From Octopus sinensis (Eukaryota), in the NCBI RefSeq assembly GCF_006345805.1, contig NC_043002.1:15314001-15378000 (forward strand): a stretch of 64,000 nt of DNA, written 5' to 3'. This document shows positions 52,757 to 64,000 of this stretch, piece by piece (within the stretch, counting starts at the first letter, position 1; each line of letters begins with the position of its first letter). The position numbers and the translations under genes were made by a program. The notes under the pieces were generated by a model, which searched no databases, was not told the origin of the DNA, and saw nothing but the letters and a program-made list of their open reading frames with translations.

Positions 52757-52974
52757 TATCGTAGCTTGTTTCGTTTGACCTCGAAAGGTTACGTTATATA
52801 CACATTCATCGATAAAATAGAATCTCTTTGCCATAACACCAGTTGCAAAAAGATTCCGTTTAGATTTAATTAATTTCGGTTCACTGATACGCTTCCACGT
52901 TTCTTCCTTTATAATAGGCTTGTCAGCACCCGTGTTGAAATTCAGTTCTCCGTTTGTATTGTTTTATTTTTCAG

Positions 52975-53026
52975 ATTTACGAATTTTATGTTCGTTCTAT
53001 TACACTTTTACGGATTAGGACAACCA
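52975..53026 (+). CDS. Candidate exon (FTNFMFVLLHFYGLGQP, or IYEFYVRSITLLRIRTT)
   Basis: Very strong tttgtattgttttatttttcag acceptor and gtaagt donor. Confidence 0.45.
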
Positions 53027-53270
53027 GTAAGTTGTAATAATAGTACTCACACGTTCAAATACCGGATATTAATGGTCTAATGGCATTAATAGCCGATGAG
53101 AATGCATCGTAGCTATTAGCTCCGAGTATTATTATGATAGCTTACTGGTTGTCTTGAACTATACATATATAAATATTCCTCTATTTACCATATATGGAGG
53201 TCTCATTCCTTGGTTGTCACTTTTTATTGTTATTGTTATTATTACTATTATTATTATTATTATTATTATT

Positions 53271-53709
53271 GGTTCTTTCGGTTTGAACGGCAGTTTTTTC
53301 TAGCGGTGTCATATGAAATTGTAACCCATAATTATGATCCTAGTATCGATCTATTGCATTTCAATCTGTTTTAGGGTTTGGGTTAGTTAGTGTTAGGGTG
53401 AGGGTTAGGGGTGGGGGTAAGGATATGTTTTTCTTCACAAATGTAAATAAACCCAATCTGTTTCTTAAACGAGGGACATATTCATACGGCACAGAATGTT
53501 TTTTTTACCTCAATAGACGTCAGTGATTGGTTGAATTTGCAGAAATTGAAGAAAAAAAAAACAACAAATATCTTACAAACAATAGAATTTTCTCAATAAA
53601 GCCAAGAGAAAAAGATGTTTTATAAACACATTCTACCAGTATACGAAGTTTAGAATTTTTTAGTTACCTAAGAATTATGTTAAAAACTGCCGTTAAACCG
53701 AAAAGATCC
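53271..53709. mobile_element. MITE-like element with about 28-bp TIRs and an internal telomere-like tract
   Basis: GGTTCTTTCGGTTTGAACGGCAGTTTTT versus the reverse complement GGATCTTTTCGGTTTAACGGCAGTTTTT; TTATT on both flanks; degenerate TTAGGG run at 53371-53422. Confidence 0.8.
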
Positions 53710-53741
53710 TTATTATTATATATATATATATATATATATAT

Positions 53742-53784
<43 letters not shown>

Positions 53785-53848
53785 ATGTCTGTGTATGTAT
53801 GTATATGTGTGTGTACGTGTGTGTATGTATGCATATGTAAATTACTAT

Positions 53849-54088
53849 AGACTTGAGAGGATTTGATAAACGGAAACTGAAAGACGCCCGTCGTATACAC
53901 ACGCGCGTATATGTATTTGTGTGACTGATTGTCTTCACAACATCACTTGATAACCGATGTTGATGTATTGACGTCCCGGTAATTTAGTGGTTCGGCAAAA
54001 GAGACAGATGGAATAAGTAATAGGCTTACAAAGAATAAGTCCTGCGGTCAACTTTTCGAATAAAGGCGGTACTCCAGTATGGCCGCAA
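53849..54088 (+). mobile_element. SINE family B, 5' truncated
   Basis: Colinear 3' half. Confidence 0.85.
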
Positions 54089-54823
54089 TGTGTGTGTGTG
54101 TGTTTGTGTGTCTATTAGGTTGTGTATGAATCTGAACTTAATTATGAATGGTTAAACACAAACGAACGTATATATACAAATATATATCGCAGAAATATAT
54201 TCTGTGTTGGAATAGTTACGCACGTGCAAATGTCTTTTTTTTTTAGAAGAGAATTCCATGTAGATGTTGCTTAGTGTGTCCATTTGCTTTAGCTTGCTAA
54301 ATAAAATATTATGTTATGGATAACAGAAGATATAACATAGTTTACAACATTTTTCATGTGTGAACTTTTCTTTTTATCTATATAAATAATTGGACAAAGA
54401 AAAATAAAAGATAAACTATATGATAAAATATAGCAGATTACATGTAAAAAAAAAAATAAAAACTGTAATCAGCCGTCGCAGAAAACAGAAAAAAAAACGC
54501 CCACTTAAAGAAAACTTACATGTTCTTTTTTACATGTTTGTTGACAGTCTCGCTACTCCGAAGCTTTTATGAAAATATATATTGCAAAGGTGCCACAAGC
54601 ACGTATAGCAACACGACTGGTCTACGAAAAGCAATAATAAATGATAAACGAAGATGCTCACCATGTTACAAGGAATGTCTATATTACAGAACAAACTGTA
54701 CAAGCGCTTGTACAAAAACACATTTTCATATAAATTCACTATCGATATGTCGCTCTGCAATGTCATATTTATCTCCTTCCCATACTTAGCTTTATATATA
54801 AGTAAAGTGCTTTGGTAATGTGT

Positions 54824-54925
54824 GGAGACGCAATGGACCAGTGGTTAGGGCAGCGGACTCGCGGTCGATTCCCAGACCGGGCGTTGTGTGTGTTTATGGA
54901 GTGAAAACACCTAAAGCTTCATGAG
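54824..54925 (+). mobile_element. SINE family C head fragment with internal deletion
   Basis: ggaccagtggttagggcagcggactcgcggtcgattcccagaccgggcg; lacks the GGAGGATCGCGGTTT segment. Confidence 0.85.
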
Positions 54926-55245
54926 ATTCACGGCTGCACATACTTTAACACACATACACATAGAAATTTTTCAGGTGAAGTATCGAGTTAAAGTGTGCAG
55001 TACCTCATATAATTCGGCCAAATATTCTTTCTGTGTCTGCCCGAATATATTTGTTTGTAACATGCACACATATGTGCGATTTTGTGCTACGTATCTGATA
55101 TTTCTCCCAATTCATGATTCAGCAGAACATCATAAAAATTTCAATTACAGACTAGCACTCAAATAAAATTTAAGATAGTTCGGTCAACGAAAAAGAATCC
55201 TCCATATAAATATTTAATTAATGGTGTTTGCAAATATTGCAATAT

Positions 55246-55448
55246 AAGGCGGCGAGCTGGCAGAAACGTTAGCACGCCAGGCAAATTGTTTAGCGATATT
55301 TCGTCTGTCTTTGTGTTCTGAGTCAAATTCCGCCGACGTCGACTTTGCCTTTCATCCTTCCGGGGTCAATAAATTAAGTAACGGGGTCGATCTAATTGAG
55401 TGGCGCACTCCCGCTAAATTTCAGACCTTGTTCCTAGAGCAGAAAAGT
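55246..55448 (+). mobile_element. SINE family A head/core with an alternative 3' tail
   Basis: Matches A up to ggggtcgatctaat, then cccgctaaatttcagaccttgttcctagagcagaaaagtat instead of the usual tail. Confidence 0.85.
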
Positions 55449-55473
55449 ATATGTATATATATATATATATGTA

Positions 55474-55525
<52 letters not shown>

Positions 55526-56564
55526 GGGAAATTAAGTTGAAAAATAAACGAAAAGGCACATTGGAAATCGAGAAATGTAAAGGTTTTTTTATGAAAAGTA
55601 ACGATAGATATATAGAATAAGATGGACTGAGGTAGGAATGAAAGAAAGAAAAAGTCGTTATTGTAAAATTTGAAATTCAAAAGCATATTGGTTTCGTGAA
55701 TTTTCTATTAATTGCTTTGTATGCACACTGATTAATGAACGGTGTCAGGTCTACTAGTCCCTGAGTAAAAGGATTATGTGTAAGGGATTTGGTGCAATTA
55801 GGGTAGATATAGATCTGTAATGTGAAAGATGTATGGGATATATGGTGTTAGTGGTATTAATCGAAAGGTTAGTAGTATTCTGTATTATGTTATGTGTTCA
55901 TATTGAGTTGTGGAAGATATTTATTGATGAATGTTGCCTCTTTATTCATTCTTTGTTGTACTGAGTCGTTCTGTGGACATTGATACAAGGAGAAAATTAA
56001 GAAATTTGGATTAAGATTCCTAGCACACTTTTCTATGTCTTCACTAACGTCTGTCTCTATATTGTGGGTGGCTAATTTGTTTTTGTGGAGAGTGGTTCTT
56101 CGATGGAGTTATATTTCTGTTTGGCTAATATAATTATTACCACACCTTAAGCATGTAATGGCGTAGATTGCGTTTTCCGAGGCACAGGTGAAATGTGATT
56201 TGATCTTAAATATTTCACCTTGCTTAAAGGGGAATTCTGAACTCTCCCAAAGGTGGGGGCAAGTACCAAATCTAGGTGGCCCACATATTTTTCACTTCTG
56301 GTTACGTTTCAGAACCAAATGGGTTCTGAATGTCAGAAAATGTTTAAATATAACAAAAATTAATATGTTTTGTTAGATGAAACAAATCAAAGGCACTTGA
56401 TTTCCCGTTCGGAGAATTTCCAGTTCTGAGCGTACGCGACTCCAAATGTTGTTTACACTGTTGTTTTTAATGAACTTGCAGGCTACCATGTAATTTCTGA
56501 TAATCATGTGCATTGAACATCTGGTCAGTATACAAAATATATGCCAAGCTGTAAAAGATGAATC

Positions 56565-56709
56565 AACAAACAAGGACAGACAAACTGATTAAGTCGATTA
56601 CATCGACTCCAGTGCGAAACTGGTACTTAATTTATCGAACCCGAAAGGATGAAAGGCAAAGTCGACCTCGGCGGAAATTGATCTGAGAACGTAACTACAG
56701 ACAAAATAC
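56565..56709 (-). mobile_element. SINE family A internal fragment (second unit of a dimer)
   Basis: Begins at the GTATTT segment directly after the tail of 56712-56943. Confidence 0.88.
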
Positions 56710-56711
56710 CT

Positions 56712-56943
56712 ATATTTTTACTACCCACAAGGGGCTAAATACAGAGGGGACAAACAAGGACAAACAAACGGATTAAGTCGAGTACATCGACCCCAGTGCG
56801 TAACTGGTACTTAATTCATCGACCCCGAAAGGATGAAAGGCAAAGTCGACCTCGGCGGAATTTGAACTCAGAACGTAACGGCACACGAAATACAGCTACG
56901 CATTTCGCTCGGCATGCTAACGTTTCTGCCACCTCGCCGCCTT
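56712..56943 (-). mobile_element. SINE family A copy
   Basis: Full length. Confidence 0.92.
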
Positions 56944-57187
56944 GCACGTGTTAAATACCGTCAAACCATTGCTATGTCGTTTGATTTCATTATTGCAATT
57001 AAAATGAACCGCTGTCAGCGCAAACTAGTTGAAGGTCACACGACTTGTTCTGCTAATCAAACAACAAATTAGTTCACTTAGTTATACGTTACAAGAGTTG
57101 CAATGTACCGTGTGTTCCTACTAAGCGTAACAGGAAAAACGTATTGTGTGTTTGTATCTGTGTGTTGGGGGTTTGCATAGAGAGACA

Positions 57188-57560
57188 GACGCTTGCTTCC
57201 CAACCATACGGTTCTGGGTTCAATCCACCTATGTGGAACCTTCGGCAAGTGTCTTCTGCTATAACCTCGGGACATGCAAAGCCTTGTGAGGGGATTTGGT
57301 ACACGGACATTTAAGAATCCTCTCGTACATGTATATATATATGTATATATATAAATATATATGCCTGTGTCTGACCCATCACCGTAACTTTACGACCGAT
57401 GTTGGTGAGTTTGCGTCCCCGTAACATTAACGGTTCGCTAAACATGACCGATAGCATAAGAACTATCCTTGAAAAGAATAAGTCCTTGAGTCGATTTGTT
57501 CGACAAAAGACGGTGCTCCAGAATGGCCACAGTCAGATGACTGTGGTAAATAAAAGAAAG
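57188..57560 (+). mobile_element. SINE family B copy, diverged
   Basis: Colinear. Confidence 0.85.
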
Positions 57561-57769
57561 AGAATATAATACATGTGCCTATGTGTGTGTGGGTGTGAGT
57601 GTGAACGTGTGTGTGCTGGTTCAAGTGAGGCACAAATATTTTGTATCAAGAAGGCAGTCTGAATTTGAGATAAATTTTATTAGCATCCCCGTTTATTCAA
57701 GCGGACGAAAGCACTAATGAAGAAGTATCTAAAATTCTGACTGCCTCATTCTTCTTAATATATACATAT

Positions 57770-57868
57770 ATATACATGCAGGTATGCATACAGACATACA
57801 TACATGCATGCATACATACGTACATACATACATACATACATACATACATACATACATACATACATACA

Positions 57869-57900
<32 letters not shown>
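57770..57900. repeat. (CATA)n microsatellite
   Basis: Direct reading. Confidence 0.95.
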
Positions 57901-57903
<3 letters not shown>

Positions 57904-57949
57904 GCTTAGCAAGTGTAAGAATGGTGGAATTTAAAGCTTCTTTCTACAA

Positions 57950-58200
57950 TCACATTTCCGCTGGGCTGGCCATTGTGACATGATTAGTGACGAACGTATG
58001 TCCAAGGTGCTCATATGCACCGAGCTTGAGAGTGGACACAGGAATGTTGGTCGATGAGGGTTCAGATATAAGAACAAGCTGAAGAGTGATAAAGGTATCT
58101 AACGACACATTTGAGCAAACAACTTTCGTTCTACCAAAATGGAGACCACTGTGACCAAATGGTATCAAAAAAGTTTTGCTGCAACCAGCACTAATAGGCT
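57950..58200 (+). mobile_element. RTE-clade LINE RT C-terminal fragment
   Basis: FRWAGHC...DERMSKVLICTELESGHRNVGR.GFRYKNKLK matches the RTE pattern LRWAGHV.RM.D.R.PK...Y.EL..G.R..G...RYKD.LK. Confidence 0.75.
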
Positions 58201-58245
58201 CCGGAATGCTAGGCAAAGGCGAAAGGCGGCTGCATAAGTAAGGGT

Positions 58246-58477
58246 ATGGCGAGCTGGTAGTAACGTTAGACCACCGGGCGAAATGCGCAGCCGTATTTCG
58301 TCCGCCGTTTCGTTCTGAGTTCAAATTCCGCCGAGGTCGACTTTGCCTTTCATCCTTTCGGGGTCGATTAAATAAGTACCAGTTACACACTGGGGTCGAT
58401 GTAATCGACTTAATCCGTTTGCCTGTCTTTGTTTATCCTCTCTGTGTTTAGCCCCTTGTGGGTAGTAAAGAAATAGA
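58246..58477 (+). mobile_element. SINE family A copy
   Basis: Full length. Confidence 0.92.
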
Positions 58478-59153
58478 TATCGAAGCCTCATACATCGAAA
58501 CTGACGGCGGAGTTCCTCTCAGCCCCTTCACACTTACTACGCACTTTCCACTCTTTCTTTCTTTCCCCCTCTCTCACATTTCCTGACATTCTCTTCATTC
58601 TCACCTTCCCTCCTCTTTCACTTGACTTTGTACCTTTTCGTCTTTCTTTCTCGTCCCTCTCTAATTCTTCTATCCCTCTGCCTCTGCCTCTTTCCTCTCA
58701 TCCCATGTGACCGGTGTTCGGCCAAGCCTGACCTTTCATTCTTGGTTCGTTTACCATCCGAACAACATCTATATTCCTCCCGTGCCTGTCATCATTTATG
58801 TCCCTGCTCTAAGGCTTCACTTCCACACACGTCAGCTTAATTTACTTCATCCTTAGACGAAAGACACCTGTTTTTATGTCCTATTAATTGTATGTGAAAT
58901 TGTGTGATATTTCCCCGTTTTATTTATACATTCGCTGCTTTCTTCCAAGGAATCTAGTGCCTTAGCTTAGTTTTTCCTTGGGGCTCGAAGATTGGAGCAA
59001 TCTCGAGTATAACCACCCGAAATTGAAAATATATTCTGGAACTCGACGGAGGAAAGAAAACTCCGAATAAGCCGTACTTGCCTTTTCTCGTCCCCTTTTC
59101 TATCATCTAACTGTTGGGATGTTTTGCGTTCTTGTCCCGTTTTTGTATTCCTT

Positions 59154-59203
<50 letters not shown>

Positions 59204-59222
59204 TATATATATATATTCAATG

Positions 59223-59254
<32 letters not shown>

Positions 59255-59663
59255 AATATATATATATATGTATATATATATAACTATATATATATATATG
59301 TATATAGACAATGTGTAACGAAGATGTACAAGTGTCAATTCATTACGGCATTGCTGTAATGAGTTGACACTTGTAGAATTTCATTACTCATTTATAATTT
59401 ATTCGCCTACATTGGAATTTGCACTTCGGAAATTCTTTAGAATCTACTTTATATAAAATATACAGTTTTCAGTGTAGATGAGTAAAATACGAGTAACAAC
59501 GGTGTGTGTATCTCAATTCACTATTCGTTTATTCGATTATATTTTAAATTATATATTATATATATATATGTATAGGGAGAGTATATACATATATATTACA
59601 TATAAAAATCCTTCAATCCTTTAAAATGTTTTAGTTCGATGCCGCTGCCCGCATCTGTGTCTC

Positions 59664-61600
59664 CTATCGTAAGGTAGGTTCATCTGGGACTTCCGACAAG
59701 AAGAGATCCAGTTTAGTTTTATGGAAACCCACATCCACACCATGTAAGTTTCTCAGGCATGTAGGGATGATGTTAAAGAGCTGTGGTCTTCTGAAACCCA
59801 AGCTGTTGCAGTATCTGGACCTGTATTTTGATGGTGATGTTGGAATCTTTGGCACCATGCAGTGGCGCGCCGTTCTGCGGTTGGGGTAACTTTGAATGCC
59901 AAAGTTTGGGACAAGACCCTCCAGGATTTTACAGATGTATATTACCGCATATCTCCACCGCCTTCGCTCTAGGGAGAGGAGGTTTAATACTTTCATTCTT
60001 TCCCAGTAGCTGATATTTTGCATTGAGATGATCTTCTTTTTGTAGCTTCTTTGAATTGCTTCGAGTTCTACTGTTAGTTTCATATTGTGTGGTGAACATA
60101 GTTCGGAGCAGTAGTCCAAGCGGCTGAGGATGAATGTTTTCCAGAGGACCATCAGTGTCTCTTTCTCTCTTGTTCTGAAAGTTCGGAGAATCCATCCAGC
60201 TAGCCGTCTGCATTTTATCACCAGCTTAGTAATATGCACTTGGAAAGATGCATCATTGCTCATGTCAATGCCCAAGTCACACACTTATTTTGACTCAAGA
60301 ATTGCAATTCTTCCTGGGCCAGTCTATCCAGTCTGCACGTCGTTTACCTTTGTGTGCCGGTAGCGCAGGGCCTGGAACTTACCTGCATTAAACTGCATGT
60401 TGTTGTCCTCAGCCTACCTGTATTTTGTATCCAACTCCTGTTGCAGATGCGCAATATTTTCAGGGTTTTGTATTGTGTGGGAGACTTTTGTGTCATCTGC
60501 ATAGATAGCAAGGGTGGCCATCGTAGCAACTGAGGGCATGTCTGAAAGGGCCGCTATGAACAGCAGTGACCCCAAGACAGTACCCTGTTGAACACCACTT
60601 GTTATTTGTGTTTCCTTGGAGGTGGCTTCATTGCTCACAAGTGCCTGTCTTCTGTCTGTTAGGAAGTTGAGCAGCGATTCTCCAAGTTTTCCGCCTATAC
60701 CGAGAAACACACAGTTTGTGACAGATCATACCATGGTCGACTTTATCAAAGGCTTTTGCAAAGTCGAGATATATTACATCCACATTTGAGCTATTTAGTA
60801 GCTGTTTTAAGACCCAGTCATAGTGTTGCTGGAGCTGTTAGGCAGCTTCTATCTGGTCGAAATCCATGCTGGGTGTCAGTCAGAAAGTCATTTTCTTCAA
60901 GAAACATGATTAGTTTCTTGCGGACTATTCGTTCCATGATTTTGCTGATGTTTGAGGTCAGAGAGATAGGCCTATAATTTTTAGCATCTGCTCTGCTACC
61001 TCCCTTATGGATAGGGTATATTACCCCCTCTTTCAATTTGACTGGGAGCTTACCACTTTCAAGAAAGCTCTGAAAATGAAGCTGTAGCGGTTTTGCATGA
61101 TTTGCAAGCTGTAGCGTTTGCATGATTTGAGAAGGATAGCTGGAAATCCATCAGGTCCAGCAGCTGAGATTGTGTCAATCTCATTTATGGCTAGTGTGAT
61201 ATCATCATCTTCAATGTTGATGTACTCAATATTTGCCTCTTTGGCCGCAGGTAAAGTGGCAAAGAATCTTCTGGGTTGTTTACTTGCCTGTGCCCTAGAT
61301 GTGTAGTGAACACACTTTGGAATTGTTCGTTCAGTATTTCACTTATCCTCGTGGGATTTCCTGTGAGAGAGCCATCTTTTTGGAAGAGAGGTCCTATTCT
61401 CTGGTGCACTGTGTCTGTCTCTTTGGCAAACATAAAGAAAGCTTTAGTGTTTGATTTAATATTTTCTATTACCCAAGCTTCTCTATCTGCTCTCTCCTTT
61501 TCATGGGACTGATGCAGACTTTTCTCAGTTTCAATTAGCATTCTCTCGAGCGAAGATTTCTCACCACTTTGGTGTGCTTGCTCAGGCGGTTCGCAAACCT
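59664..61600 (-). pseudogene. LINE ORF2 reverse transcriptase domain (frameshifted)
   Basis: AAGPDGFPAILLK, YRPISLTS, QHGFRPDRSCLT, DVIYLDFAKAFDKVDHG, GVQQGTVLG, YADD, LDYCS, LERRR. Confidence 0.92.
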
Positions 61601-61762
61601 TGTCCGTCGTCTCATAAGAATCTTCCTTTCTCTAGGGATCCTGTTTTTGTTTTTGTGTGTGCTGGCCCTGCACACTGGGACATATTTGTCACATATGGCT
61701 TTTATTATGGACATGAAGTGTTTGTGTTTCATGTTAATGTCCGATGTGGAGAGACATTTAGA

Positions 61763-62500
61763 CTAATCCTGTTTGAGGATCTCTTTCTCAATCAACTTCC
61801 AGTTTGCTTTACGAAAGTTTAAGTTGGAGAGATGGTGGATGCTTCGTATAGGCTGTGTGTCTACGGGAGCTTTTGGTCCATACATAGATAGCTCTATTAT
61901 GTTGTGATCCGAGATCATTGTCGGCATCACTTTAACGTTATGGACAATATCCATATTGTTTGTGAAGCAGAGATCCAGTATATTATCTGACCTTGTTTGT
62001 TGCAGAACTTTTTGCACCATGAAAGAGGCATTTGTGAGATGGAGCAGGGACTCTGGCTGTGCCTGCTGATGGTGTGTCATCCCTGAGAGCATCTACCCCC
62101 CAGACCATTCCACATTGGGGAAGTTAAAGTCACCCATGAAGAATACACTGTTGTTTTGTTCAAGGTTGGTGAGGACTTCTCCTAAACATGCCTGAGTGAT
62201 TTGGGGCATCTGGTGGGCGATATGCAGTGCATATGACGATATTCAATTGTCTTATGTGTACAATTTGAGTGTGACACACTGAGTTTGAATATGACAACAG
62301 GACCTGGGGCGTGAGGTCATCTCGGATGTACATTACAACTCCACCATGGCTCCTCCCTTTTCTATCTGGGCGTATGACTACATATTGCGGCATGTGTATT
62401 TCTACATCCCCTATATCGGGTCCAAGAAGCATTTCTGTGAGTGCCATGCATATAGCTTGATTGCATGTCACAAGGTCTCTCAGGAATGAGATTTTCCTTT
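61763..62500 (-). pseudogene. LINE ORF2 apurinic endonuclease (APE) domain
   Basis: ALTE, DRKGRSHGGVVMYIR, AYRPP, FMGDFNFPNVEW, TRSDNILDLCFTNN, SDHN. Confidence 0.9.
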
Positions 62501-62871
62501 TACATTCAGTAAAAATATTTTTGTGGTGTGTGTGTTTGTGTGTGTGTTGGTGTATGTGGTGACCATCCTGCATCTGTTGGTGGTAGCCTTATGTGGTGGT
62601 AGTTCCAGCTTTGTGCTTGTAGCCAGGTCAGCTGCTGAAAAAGTTTTTGTGCCATGCACAAAAAAGATTGCTGTTCAGCTACTGCCCTTCTCACATCTGG
62701 GTGAAGCTGGACATTTGTTGGGTTACCGCGCACTACATTCGCATTTCATCTTTCAGGAGTGGTCAGTGCGATATTTTTCCTTCTTTTATATTTTTCGTTT
62801 TCTTTATCTTTTTGTTCTCCTCAAGGGAGGGATTTTTGTCTCGTGTCCGTGCGGTTTTGGTAGGGTTTCTG

Positions 62872-62940
62872 ATGTGCAAAGCGACAGTTTGCACCTTCGA
62901 CGCCGTGCCAGCAGTCCCCCTTCAGTTAGAATTTGCAGAT
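62872..62940 (-). pseudogene. CCCH-type zinc finger in LINE ORF1
   Basis: ICKF*LKGDCWHGVEGANCRFAH (C-x7-C-x8-C-x3-H) with one stop codon. Confidence 0.65.
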
Positions 62941-63459
62941 GTTTCTGCCTTTGCCCTTATAATTCTTGCTGGGGTTCTTTTTCTTTCTGAACACTGTTTG
63001 TTTTAGTTTTAATTTTCTGGTCTTTTACCTCTTGTTTCCCATCAATTTTAGGGTGCTTTCCTTTTTTGCGGCCATCGCACCTATTTGGTCTTCAATTGTG
63101 TTGGGAGCTGGACATGTGCCATTGTTTCCCTTTGTTCTAGGTTTCCCGGGTGTGTCTTTTGTTGTGTGCTGGATGTTTTCTTCATCCTTTTGGCCTTCCC
63201 TGATGCAGTCACCTCCTAAGATGATGTCCATAGTGTCCATGTGTTGCCTGATTAGAGCGTATGAACGGAGAAATTCTCATTTCTTTCGCTCTAACTTGGA
63301 GGTGGTCCTCGAAAGTCATTGCTCTTTAGCGCGGCTGCAATGATATTGTTTGGCGAGTCACCCTAAGCAATCTTCCAGGCGCGGACAAACAATTACAACT
63401 CCCTCGCAGACCAGTTTCTTGACATTTTCGTCCGAGATACAGTGAGAGTGAAATATAGG

Positions 63460-64000
63460 AACAGAGAGAGAAGGAAAGATAAGATGGTTGACCTGAGAAG
63501 GAGAGGAGAAAGGAGAAAAGCTGGTGGCAGATCAGTCAGGGGGGATAGAGAGAGAGACGAGGGGATTGTCCTGAGAGAATAGAGAAAGAATGGCAGGTCA
63601 GCAGGGGGAGAGTGAGCTGGATGGAGGTGTGGTAGAGAGAGAGTAAATGGACAGGGAGGAAAAGAGAGACAAGGGGATGGACCTTAGGGGGAGCAGGGAG
63701 AAGAAAGGCGGAGAGATAAAACGGAGAGGGAGAGAGAGGGCGGGATATAGGTAACAGAGAGTGAAGTAAAGGAATAGAGAGGGTGGTGTGGAGAAAGGAG
63801 ACAGAGAGAGGAAAACGAGACAAGGGGGTGAACCTTAGAGGGAGCAGGGAGAGGAAAGGTAGAAAGAAAAAGGGGAGAGGGGGAAATGGAAAGGGTGAGA
63901 GAGGGCGGGAAAAGGGTACCCGAGAGTGAAGTAAAGGGACAGAGAGGGTGGTGTGAAGAAAGGAGACAGAGAGAGGAAAAAAGACAAGTGGTGAACCTTA
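63460..64000. repeat. Purine-rich degenerate minisatellite, about 150-165 bp period
   Basis: gagacaagggg..gaccttag recurs near 63666, 63817 and 63981; gagagtgaagtaaagg recurs near 63758 and 63922. Confidence 0.75.

Larger units (their letters stand above)
59640..63450 (-). mobile_element. Near full-length decayed CR1-clade LINE (ORF1 plus APE-RT ORF2), 3' UTR missing
   Basis: Ordered ORF1, endonuclease and RT motifs across several frameshifted ORFs. Confidence 0.92.

Noticed and set aside
54520-54789. Cys-rich 89-aa ORF (CSPCYKECLYYRTNCTSAC) as a furin-like repeat exon
   Set aside because: Cys spacing is not convincing, and the frame conflicts with the preferred reading of the upstream exon chain
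58480-59150. CT-rich segment resembling another PLE 3' region
   Set aside because: No parsable hammerhead, no second copy in the window, and no coding motif

Overview
AT-rich, repeat-saturated animal genomic DNA, most likely an octopus (inferred from SINE families resembling described octopus tRNA-derived SINEs and extreme TA/CA/TATG/TCTA microsatellite density; not confirmed by a search). No prokaryotic operons, CRISPR arrays, rRNA or true tRNA genes are present. Most listed ORFs are microsatellite or SINE artefacts. The window holds about 22 SINE copies from four families, a near full-length decayed CR1-clade LINE (59.6-63.4 kb) plus two CR1 3' fragments, RTE, Tx1-like and Gypsy remnants, two Tc1/mariner remnants, two MITEs, a complete non-autonomous Helitron, and several Penelope-like (PLE) fragments. 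The strongest signal not explained by the ORF track is a set of minimal type I hammerhead ribozyme motifs in the PLE-like fragments: one apparently intact (15494-15536), two with a single critical change, and a two-copy family with a non-canonical core. A chain of small, phase-compatible + strand exons (28.9-53.0 kb) may encode part of an unidentified membrane protein, but this is low confidence. I found no convincing wholly new biological system; the findings are mostly local or variant instances of known element classes.
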